NCBI GenBank assembly: GCA_035623475.1
Contig: DASPTK010000089.1
Span: forward strand, 19,279-83,278
DNA length: 64,000 bases
Source: Gemmatimonadaceae bacterium
GTDB lineage: Bacteria > Gemmatimonadota > Gemmatimonadetes > Gemmatimonadales > Gemmatimonadaceae
Reading direction: 5' to 3'
Below are positions 48,088 to 55,364 of the stretch, piece after piece. The notes under the pieces were generated by a model. The model ran no database searches. It saw nothing but the letters and a program-made list of their open reading frames with translations, and had not been told where the DNA came from. Within the stretch, counting starts at the first letter, position 1, and each line of letters opens with the position of its first letter. The position numbers and the translations under genes are program-made.

Positions 48088-49712
48088 TGGCGATCAAGGG
48101 CAGTCTCCGCGAGGCTAGTCTCCCCGACGTCCTGCAGCTCCTGGCGATGGGGCAGAAGACCGGCTGCCTCAGCGTCACCGACCGCAACAACTTCGGCTAC
48201 ATCTACTTCGACAAGGGGCGCATCTCGTACGCCTCGATCGTCAATCGTCGCGATCGTCTCGGCGACACGCTGGTGAAGAACGGCGTCATTACCCAGCTCG
48301 AGCTCGATGTGGCGGTCGACTCGCAGTCGCGCGGCCAGCGCAACAAGAAGCTCGGCGAGATCCTGATCGAGCAGAACATCCTCACCCGCGAGGAGCTGCA
48401 CCGCTACATCCGGGTCCAGATCGAGGAGGCCGTCTACTATCTCTTCACCTGGACACAGGGGACGTTCAGCTTCGAGGCGGAGATGCGCCCCGAGGACCAC
48501 GACGTCCTCGTCTCGATCAACCCCGAGTCGCTCCTCCTCGAGGGCGCGCGGCGGGTGGACGAGTGGAGCCTGATCGAGAAGAAGGTGCCGAGCTTCGACC
48601 TCATCTTCGAGGTCGATCGGGCCCGCCTGGCGACGAGCGAGGCGCAGCTCACGCGGGCCCAGGAGCAGCTGGTGCCGCTCATCGATGGGCGACGCGACGT
48701 GTCGCAGCTCATCGACGCCTCCGGGCTTGGAGAGTTCGAGGTCGGCAAGGCCCTCTATGCGCTGGCGACGGCCGGCTTCCTGCACCTCACCGGAAAGTCG
48801 CGTCCCGCCGATGACACGATGCGCGAGGCGCGCGTCGAGGAGCACCGGAACCTCGGTGTCGCCTTCTACAAGACGGCGATGTTCGAGGAGGCGACGCGCG
48901 AGCTGCGGCGGGTGGTGGAGCTCAACGACGGCGACGTGCATGCGCGCTTCTTCCTCGGGCTGGTCGCGATGCGGGAGGGGAAGTGGAGCGAGGCGGTGCT
49001 CGTACTTCGTGAGGCATCATCGCTCCCAGGGGCGAAGCACGCCGTCTTCCACAACCTGGCGTACGCGCTCGAGCGCCTCGGCCGGTACGAGGATGCAAGG
49101 GTCGCGTTGGACGAGGCGGTCGCGCGAGGCGGCGAGGACGATCCGCGCGTGCGGACATCGCTCGGGGTGCTGGCCCTCAAGGCCGGCGATCTCGAGGAGG
49201 CCGTCGCGTGCTTCGGCGCCGCCCGGACGCTCTGGGGGAAGAGGGCGCCGTCGGCGGCATGGTTCCACTACGCCGCGCTCGCGGCGGCCCTCGCCGGCGA
49301 GCTCCCGCGCGCGGTGACGCTGGCGACCGAGGGGCTCCAGTCGCATCCGCACGCCGGTGCGCTCTGGAACACGCTCGCCGTTCTCGAGGAGCGACGGGGT
49401 GACTTCACCGCCGCTGGCCAGGCGGCCGACCAGGCGCTGCACGACGACGGGACTCTGCCGCAGGTGCACAAGAACATCGGCGACGGGCACTACCGCGCCT
49501 CGCGCTACGACGAGGCGCTCGAAGCGTATCAGCGGGCGATCAAGCTGAATCCGGCGCTCGGCGGGGACGTCTACTTCAAGCTCGGCAACATCCGCTTCAA
49601 GTGGCAGGAACGGGAGCAGGCGGTGGCGTACTGGGAGCGGGCGCTCGCGCTCAACCCGGAGAACGACGTGATTCGGGCGAATCTGGATCTCGTCAAGTCG
49701 ACGCCGGCATGA
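48087..49712 (+). CDS. PATAN/DUF4388 domain protein with C-terminal TPR array (541 aa)
   Basis: N-terminus MAIKGSLREASLPDVLQLLAMGQKTGCLSVTD..GYIYFDKGRISYA is paralogous to the 42700 gene. Helical insert LGDTLVKNGVITQLELDVA..KLGEILIEQNILTREEL. About 7 TPRs follow. The ATG shares 1 nt with the upstream TGA. Confidence 0.8.
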   Translation: MAIKGSLREASLPDVLQLLAMGQKTGCLSVTDRNNFGYIYFDKGRISYASIVNRRDRLGDTLVKNGVITQLELDVAVDSQSRGQRNKKLGEILIEQNILTREELHRYIRVQIEEAVYYLFTWTQGTFSFEAEMRPEDHDVLVSINPESLLLEGARRVDEWSLIEKKVPSFDLIFEVDRARLATSEAQLTRAQEQLVPLIDGRRDVSQLIDASGLGEFEVGKALYALATAGFLHLTGKSRPADDTMREARVEEHRNLGVAFYKTAMFEEATRELRRVVELNDGDVHARFFLGLVAMREGKWSEAVLVLREASSLPGAKHAVFHNLAYALERLGRYEDARVALDEAVARGGEDDPRVRTSLGVLALKAGDLEEAVACFGAARTLWGKRAPSAAWFHYAALAAALAGELPRAVTLATEGLQSHPHAGALWNTLAVLEERRGDFTAAGQAADQALHDDGTLPQVHKNIGDGHYRASRYDEALEAYQRAIKLNPALGGDVYFKLGNIRFKWQEREQAVAYWERALALNPENDVIRANLDLVKSTPA

Positions 49713-50521
49713 CGACCGATCAGAGCGTCGACATGGCCTTCATCGCCCTCACGGCCAAGATCTCCCGTGATCGCGGCTTTCGCTGCGCGAGCTACAAGGA
49801 CAAGTGTCTACGGCGCCGGATCGCCGTGCGGATGCGCGCCCACGGCGTGCACACCTACGGCGACTACGCCCGCGTGCTCGACGCCGTGCCTCACGAGTAC
49901 GACCTGCTGATCGATGCGCTGACGATCAACGTCACCAAGCTCTTTCGGAACTGGGAGACCTTCGCCGCCATCGAGAAGAGCGTCGCGCCGGTCCTCTTCG
50001 CGCGCGATGAGACGCGCTTGCGGGTCTGGAGCGCCGGCTGCGCATCGGGGGAGGAGGCCTACTCGCTGGCGATCCTCTTCCACCGCTACGCCCTGGCGAA
50101 CCGAAAGCGCGTGGAGCGTGTGCACGTCGTCGGTACCGACATCGATCGGGCGAGTCTCGCCGCCGCCGAGCAGGGCGCCTTCGGCGAGGCGGCGTTCGCC
50201 GACACCCCGGCGGAGCTGCGGCAGCTCTACTTCTCGCCGCGCTCGCCCCACGTCGTCGCGCCGGAGGTCCGCGCGATGGTGCGCTTCAAGCGCCATGATC
50301 TTCTTCACGAGCCGGCGCCGGAGGGGCAGCACCTCATCACCTGCCGCAACGTGGTGATCTACTTCGATCGGGACTCGCAGGAAGCCCTGTTCGAGCGGTT
50401 CGCGGACGCGCTTCTCCCCGGTGGCGTCCTCGTCCTCGGCAAGGTTGAGACGCTGCTCGGCGCCGCGCGCGCCCGCTTCGCGGCGATCGACGGACGTCAA
50501 CGCATCTTCCGGCGCCTGTGA
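49709..50521 (+). CDS. cheR: chemotaxis protein methyltransferase CheR
   Basis: ATGA overlap upstream. TKLFRNWETF, RVWSAGCASGEEAYSLAI (SAM site), ITCRNVVIYFD. Confidence 0.9.
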   Translation: MTTDQSVDMAFIALTAKISRDRGFRCASYKDKCLRRRIAVRMRAHGVHTYGDYARVLDAVPHEYDLLIDALTINVTKLFRNWETFAAIEKSVAPVLFARDETRLRVWSAGCASGEEAYSLAILFHRYALANRKRVERVHVVGTDIDRASLAAAEQGAFGEAAFADTPAELRQLYFSPRSPHVVAPEVRAMVRFKRHDLLHEPAPEGQHLITCRNVVIYFDRDSQEALFERFADALLPGGVLVLGKVETLLGAARARFAAIDGRQRIFRRL

Positions 50522-51000
50522 CCGAGACGAGAGTGCGGGTGGCCGATGCCGCCGTCCTCCGCGGTGTGGGGATCCTCTCCACCGTGGGGCTCGGCTCCTG
50601 CGTCGCCATCGCTCTATACGATCCGGAGGCCGCCGTGGGGGGGCTCGCGCACATCATGCTCCCCAGCGAGACGATGTCGAAGGACCGGTGCAATCGCGCC
50701 AAGTTTCCGTCGAGCGCCGTTCCGCTCCTTCTCGAACGCATGCGCGGGTTGGGCGCGCGCGATGAGCGCATCCGCGCCCGGATCGTCGGTGGGGCGAGCA
50801 TGTTCACGTCGCTCCTCCCCGCCGGCGGCCTCCAGATGGGGGAGCGGAATCTCCTCGCCACGCGTACCGCGCTGGCCCGCGCCCAGATTCCGATCATTGC
50901 CGAGGAGGTGGGGGGCGAGCACGGCCGCAGCGTCTACCTCCACGTCGGCGACGGACGGCTCGAGGTGCGCTCGATGATGAGGGGCAATGTCGTCCTCTAG
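50518..51000 (+). CDS. cheD: chemoreceptor glutamine deamidase CheD
   Basis: GTGA overlap upstream. GLGSCVAIALYD (catalytic Cys), GLAHIMLP (His), GGASMF. Confidence 0.88.
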   Translation: MTETRVRVADAAVLRGVGILSTVGLGSCVAIALYDPEAAVGGLAHIMLPSETMSKDRCNRAKFPSSAVPLLLERMRGLGARDERIRARIVGGASMFTSLLPAGGLQMGERNLLATRTALARAQIPIIAEEVGGEHGRSVYLHVGDGRLEVRSMMRGNVVL

Positions 51001-52108
51001 TCCCGTGCGCACGGTCCTGGTGGTGGACGACAGCGCCTTCATGCGCAAGCTCGTGTCGGAGATGATCGATGCGAGCGGCGAGTTTCGCGTCGTCGGAACG
51101 GCGCGCAACGGCATCGATGCGCTCAAGAAGGTGCACGCCCTCGATCCGGACATCGTCACCCTCGACGTCGAGATGCCGGAGCTCGACGGGATCGGCGCCC
51201 TCGGCTACATCATGAGCGAGTCGCCGCGGCCGGTGGTGATCCTGAGCGGTGCGGCGACGGGAGCGGCCGACGACGTCACGATCCGGGCGCTCGAGCTCGG
51301 TGCCGTCGAGTTCGTCCGCAAGCCGTCGGGTCCGATCAGCCTCGATCTCCCGGCGGTGCGCGATCAGCTGCTCGACGCATTGCGAGCGGCGGCGCAGGTG
51401 AACCTCCGCAGTGTCGACCCGTTGGCGCGTCCGACGATCGGCGGCCCGGCCACGCGCGTGCCGCGCTCCGAGGCGTGGGCCAACCGCGCGATCGCCATCG
51501 CCTCGTCCACCGGCGGGCCGCGCGCGCTGGCGGAGGTCATTCCCCATCTGCCGGGCGACCTCGACGCGGCGGTGCTCGTCGTGCAGCACATGCCCGCAGG
51601 CTTCACGCGCAGCCTCGCCGAGCGCCTCGATGCGCAGAGCCGCCTCGCCGTTCGTGAGGCGCGTCATGGCGAGCGGCTCGTGCGGGGACGAGTCTACGTC
51701 GCCCCGGGCGGATATCACATGCGGGTGGCGGCGGAGCAGGGTGGCCCGACGATCGCTCTCGACGACTCGCCGCCGATCTGGGGCGTGCGTCCGGCCGCCG
51801 ATCCGCTCTTCCGGTCGCTCGCCGAGCATTTCCGGGAGGGGGCAGTCGGCGTCGTGCTCACCGGGATGGGGCGCGATGGAGCGGTGGGGCTGCGGGCCAT
51901 CCACGACGCCGGCGGTCTGGGGATCGCGCAGGATCGGGAGACCTCGATCATCTTCGGCATGCCGCACGCCGCCGCCACCGGCGGTGGTGCATCGCGGATC
52001 CTCCCGCTGGCGGAGATCGCGCCGGCGCTCGTGGCCGCGTGTACGCCCGGTCAGGCGGTGGCGGGAGAATCGTCGGACCCGCGCCAGCCGACGAGGGCCG
52101 GGCCATGA
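50987..52108 (+). CDS. cheB: protein-glutamate methylesterase/deamidase CheB (REC + esterase)
   Basis: VLVVDDSAFMR, DIVTLDVEMPELDG (REC). ASSTGGPRAL (Ser), VVQHMPAGFT (His), TGMGRDG (Asp). Confidence 0.92.
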   Translation: MSSSSPVRTVLVVDDSAFMRKLVSEMIDASGEFRVVGTARNGIDALKKVHALDPDIVTLDVEMPELDGIGALGYIMSESPRPVVILSGAATGAADDVTIRALELGAVEFVRKPSGPISLDLPAVRDQLLDALRAAAQVNLRSVDPLARPTIGGPATRVPRSEAWANRAIAIASSTGGPRALAEVIPHLPGDLDAAVLVVQHMPAGFTRSLAERLDAQSRLAVREARHGERLVRGRVYVAPGGYHMRVAAEQGGPTIALDDSPPIWGVRPAADPLFRSLAEHFREGAVGVVLTGMGRDGAVGLRAIHDAGGLGIAQDRETSIIFGMPHAAATGGGASRILPLAEIAPALVAACTPGQAVAGESSDPRQPTRAGP

Positions 52109-52605
52109 CGGTCGGGGCGCCGAGCGGCCGACGGGAGGGAGCGCCGGAGGGCTCCGAGACCCTCCTTCCCGAACATCTGCTCTTCCGCATCGGGGTCGAG
52201 CTCTTCGCCATCCCCCTCGCCCACGCGGAGGAAGCGGTGGAGGGCCTCCTGTGGGATGTCCTCCCCGACCTGCCTTTCGGAGTGCTCGGCGTCGCGACTC
52301 TTCGCGGGCGACTCCTTCCCGTGTATTCTCCCCAGCGGCCGCTCGGGATCGAGCGCAGCGATCCGTACGGCGTGACACTCGTGCTGCGTCACGAGCATCG
52401 CGCACTCGGCTTCGCCGTGGACGATGTGGAGGACGTGCTGAGCGTTCCGCCGGAATCGATTCGCCCGGCGCCGCTCCCGGACACCGGGGAGCGCGTGGTG
52501 CGGGGAGTGGTGCGGCACGGCGACGAGCTCGTCGCGCTGCTCGATACCGCTGCGCTCTTCCGGGCCTGCGGCGTCGGCGATGGCGAGAGAGGAGGCGCCG
52601 GATGA
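52105..52605 (+). CDS. cheW: CheW-like protein (copy 2, 166 aa)
   Basis: ATGA overlap with the cheB stop. LLFRIGVELFAIPLAHAEEAVE...VLGVATLRGRLLPVYS..ALGFAVDDVEDVL fits the CheW pattern. It has a ~25 aa N-terminal extension. Confidence 0.8.
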   Translation: MTVGAPSGRREGAPEGSETLLPEHLLFRIGVELFAIPLAHAEEAVEGLLWDVLPDLPFGVLGVATLRGRLLPVYSPQRPLGIERSDPYGVTLVLRHEHRALGFAVDDVEDVLSVPPESIRPAPLPDTGERVVRGVVRHGDELVALLDTAALFRACGVGDGERGGAG

Positions 52606-53078
52606 GCGCATCACCGAGTCAGCTGGTCACCTTCCGCCTCGGGCCCGATCGCTTCGCCGCCGACATCTTCGCCGTCGAGCGCGTGCTTCGATACACGCCG
52701 CCGACGCCGGTGCCCAATCTGCCGGAGTGGCTGGCCGGCGTGCTCGACTACCAGTCGCGTGTGGTTCCGGTGCTCGATCTGCGGGCCCGCCTGGGTCTGG
52801 AGCGGGCGGCGCCGCGCCTCGAGACGAGGATCATCGTCTTCTCGGTCGACGATGACTGGATCGGCGCCGTGGTGGACGCGGTGCTGGAGGTGGTTCCCCT
52901 CGCGGCGGGCGAGCTCTCCCCCCCGCCGCCGCTCTTTCGTGGGCTGGCGGCCGACTATCTGCTCGGACTCGTCAGGCGACCGGACGGCCTGCTGATCGTC
53001 CTGGATGTCCGACGCCTGCTGACGGCCACGGAACGGCTCGCTCTGACGCGGGCGGAGGAGGCGGCGCGCGGTGGCTGA
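52602..53078 (+). CDS. cheW: CheW-like protein (copy 3, 158 aa)
   Basis: ATGA overlap upstream. LVTFRLGPDRFAADIFAVERVLRYTPPTPVPNLPEWLAGVLDYQSRVVPVLDLRARLG..WIGAVVDAVLEV. Confidence 0.85.
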   Translation: MSASPSQLVTFRLGPDRFAADIFAVERVLRYTPPTPVPNLPEWLAGVLDYQSRVVPVLDLRARLGLERAAPRLETRIIVFSVDDDWIGAVVDAVLEVVPLAAGELSPPPPLFRGLAADYLLGLVRRPDGLLIVLDVRRLLTATERLALTRAEEAARGG

Positions 53079-53937
53079 CACGCCGACCACGGCTCTCCGT
53101 GCCCGCTTCGCGGCCATCGAGGCACGGCTCGAAAGCCCGAACGCCGCCGCCGAGCGCGACACGCTCAAGGCGGACATCATCGCCCTCTTCCGACTGGCCG
53201 AGGGGGAGATCGCGAGCCTGACGACGCTGCGCGAGGACATCAAGAAGCTCGTCGAGAGATGGAAGCAGCTCCAGCAAGCGGCTGCGCCATCGAACGCGCC
53301 CGTGTTCAGCGGCGACCGGCCCAACGTGGTGACCGACCACATCGGGGCCTCGACCTTCGTCGAGAAGGGGTGGAACTCGATCTCGCTGGGCGACTACGAC
53401 GGCGCGGAGCGCGCCCTGACCAAGGCCCTCGAGCTCTCGCCCAACGACCCGCAGACCGAATCGCTTCTCGGCTGGTCGCAGATGCTCCAGGAGAAGTACG
53501 ATCAGGCGCTGCTCAACTTCCAGCGCGTGCTGATGCGGCAACCGACGAACTCTCTCGCCCGCATCAACCTCGGGTACATCTGCCTCAAGAAGCGCATCTT
53601 CGGAGAGGCGATCGAGCACCTGTCCAAGGCGATCCGCCTCGACAACGATCGAAAGGCGACGCTCTACGCGCATTTCTACCTCGGGCTGGTGTACGCCGAG
53701 CGGGAGATGTTCGAGGATGCGCAGACGTTCTTCCGGAAGACGCTGGCCCTCGGCCCAAACCTGATCGAGGCCTACTACGAGCTGGGGCGCGCGCTCTGGT
53801 TCGATGGCAAGCAGGAAGAGGCGAAGCAGGCGTGGCGCGATGGGTTGGCGGCCAACAAGTTCAATCCATGGGGCAAGCGGTGCGGCGAGATGCTCAAGCA
53901 CGTCGAGCAGGGAGGCGTGCCCGCGCGGTCCGCCTAG
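53071..53937 (+). CDS. coiled-coil + TPR repeat protein (288 aa)
   Basis: The GTG start overlaps the cheW3 end by 8 nt. TPRs: GWNSISLGDYDGAERALTKALELSPNDP, INLGYICLKKRIFGEAIEHLSKAIRLD, YYELGRALWFDGKQEEAKQAWRDGL. Confidence 0.8.
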   Translation: MADTPTTALRARFAAIEARLESPNAAAERDTLKADIIALFRLAEGEIASLTTLREDIKKLVERWKQLQQAAAPSNAPVFSGDRPNVVTDHIGASTFVEKGWNSISLGDYDGAERALTKALELSPNDPQTESLLGWSQMLQEKYDQALLNFQRVLMRQPTNSLARINLGYICLKKRIFGEAIEHLSKAIRLDNDRKATLYAHFYLGLVYAEREMFEDAQTFFRKTLALGPNLIEAYYELGRALWFDGKQEEAKQAWRDGLAANKFNPWGKRCGEMLKHVEQGGVPARSA

Positions 53938-53942
53938 CCCTG

Positions 53943-54926
53943 GTGGTGGCGCTCGCGGTGCCGGCCGCCGCCCGGCGCGTCGATCCGCCCCAGCGCCTGA
54001 CGAGTGGCCGCTTCACGATGGTCGCGTACGCCTCCGACCTTCCGCTCGCGCGAAGCCTCCTCGACAGCGCGCTGGCCCACGACAGCTTCCCGGGGCTCCC
54101 TCGTCCGACCGCTCCGGTGACCGTCGCCGTCGCCCCCGATACCCGGCGCTTTCGCGAATGGGCAGGGGAGGGCGCTCCCGAGTGGGGAGCCGCGATCGCC
54201 ATCCCCGCCGAGTGGCGCGTGGTGATGCAGGGACGCTCGGCGGGAAGCGATGCCGGCAATCCCTTCTCCGTGCTGCGCCACGAGCTCGCGCACCTCGCCC
54301 TCCACGAGTACCTCGACGATCTGCCGCCGCGATGGTTCGACGAAGGCTACGCCAGCCTCTGCGCCCGCGAGTGGGGACGGGATGAGGTGCTGGCGGCGAG
54401 CGTCGGCCTGCTGCTGCATGGCGTGCCTTCGCTCGACTCGCTCGATGCCGGCTTCACCGGCGGCGCGATGCGCGCCAGCACCGCCTATGCGCTCGCCTAC
54501 CGGGCGGTGGCCGATCTCGCCGCGCTCGACCCGGAGCGCGGGCTCACACTCTTCTTCGGCTACTGGCGCAGCACCGGCTCGATCGATCGCGCGATGCGCG
54601 AGGCATACGGCCTGACGGAGAGCGCCTTCGAGATCGAATGGCGCCGACGGACCATGCAGCGCTACGGAGCGCTCGCCCTTACGGCCAACCTGTCGCTCGC
54701 CCTGGCCATCATGGGAATCCTCATCGGCCCCTTCTGGCTGGCGCGCCGGCAGCGCGATCGGGCGAAGCTCGACGCGATGCGCCGCGACGAGGCGGCGGCC
54801 GAGCGAGCCGAGCGCGAAGGAATCATCGCCTCGCTTCTGGGAGAATCTCCCACCGACGGGCCCACCTCGAGTGCCCAGCGAGCGCCTCCGGGCGAACATC
54901 GCGAGCGTGGGGGCGATTCGACGTAA
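53943..54926 (+). CDS. MA-clan (Peptidase_MA_2-like) zinc metallopeptidase with C-terminal TM anchor
   Basis: GTG 53943 (or CTG 53940) gives a signal-like VVALAVPAAA. HELAHLALHEY followed by WFDEGYASL (HExxH...E). TM ALALTANLSLALAIMGILIGPFWLA, then a charged tail. Confidence 0.65.
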   Translation: MVALAVPAAARRVDPPQRLTSGRFTMVAYASDLPLARSLLDSALAHDSFPGLPRPTAPVTVAVAPDTRRFREWAGEGAPEWGAAIAIPAEWRVVMQGRSAGSDAGNPFSVLRHELAHLALHEYLDDLPPRWFDEGYASLCAREWGRDEVLAASVGLLLHGVPSLDSLDAGFTGGAMRASTAYALAYRAVADLAALDPERGLTLFFGYWRSTGSIDRAMREAYGLTESAFEIEWRRRTMQRYGALALTANLSLALAIMGILIGPFWLARRQRDRAKLDAMRRDEAAAERAEREGIIASLLGESPTDGPTSSAQRAPPGEHRERGGDST

Positions 54927-54945
54927 CTCCCGTCGCCGCCACAGC

Positions 54946-54974
54946 TTGACACGTCATTGACGAAACTCTATCCT
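54946..54974 (+). promoter_or_regulatory. sigma70-like promoter candidate (TTGACA-17 nt-TATCCT)
   Basis: TTGACA at 54946-54951, a 17-nt spacer, TATCCT at 54969-54974, in a locally AT-richer stretch. The predicted transcription start is ~1-3 nt before ATG 54983. Confidence 0.35.
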
Positions 54975-54982
54975 ACAGCCTT

Positions 54983-55153
54983 ATGCCCGATTCGCCCACC
55001 ACGGCCAAGTCGCGCTCGCTTATCTGGTGGGCGATCGCGCTTCTGGTTCTGGCCGCCGGATATGCGGATCTTATTCGCGGCGGGGAGACGGTCGCACCGA
55101 TTCTCCTCGTCATCGGCTATTGCGTCTTGGTTCCACTCGCGATTCTGAGGTGA
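54983..55153 (+). CDS. hypothetical small membrane protein (56 aa; below ORF-track cut-off), possibly leaderless
   Basis: My own translation: MPDSPTTAKSRSLIWWAIALLVLAAGYADLIRGGETVAPILLVIGYCVLVPLAILR. It has two TM helices. The listed 54957 ORF in another frame is Arg/Ser-rich nonsense. Confidence 0.35.
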   Translation: MPDSPTTAKSRSLIWWAIALLVLAAGYADLIRGGETVAPILLVIGYCVLVPLAILR

Positions 55154-55225
55154 CGCGTCGCGCCGCACGGGGTGCGCGAATCGGGCGCCGTGCGACGAAG
55201 AGAGCCGTGCCGCCAGACTTGGAGC

Positions 55226-55299
55226 GGGCGAATAGCTCAGTTGGTTAGAGCGCCTGCCTTACACGCAGGAAGTCGGGGGTTCGAGTCCCTCTTCGCCCA
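55226..55299 (+). tRNA. tRNA-Val (anticodon TAC)
   Basis: Cloverleaf folded by hand: acceptor GGGCGAA/TTCGCCC, D-arm GCTC-AGTTGGTTA-GAGC, anticodon arm CCTGC-CTTACAC-GCAGG, T-arm GGGGG-TTCGAGT-CCCTC, discriminator A. CCA is not encoded. Confidence 0.93.
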
Positions 55300-55364
55300 C
55301 ATCGCGGCCGGTTGGACAATTGGGCCGAGCGCGACCGGATATTCTTGCAGGAGGTCTATTCAAC

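Noticed and set aside
38113-52405. A series of long minus-strand ORFs (38113..39351, 38484..40001, 40676..42220, 42793..43842, 43667..44695, 44844..46073, 46129..47670, 47829..48941, 50894..52405)
   Set aside because: Each is antisense to a + strand gene with clear family motifs (cheA, TPR, PATAN, Roadblock, mglA, DnaA-like, cheB). Their translations are Arg/Glu/Asp/Gly-rich with no motifs.
55226-55299. tRNA-Val as an integration site for a genomic island
   Set aside because: No integrase, excisionase or phage/IS gene lies on either side. I found no direct repeat of the tRNA 3' half downstream by eye. The flanking genes have the same composition as the rest of the window.
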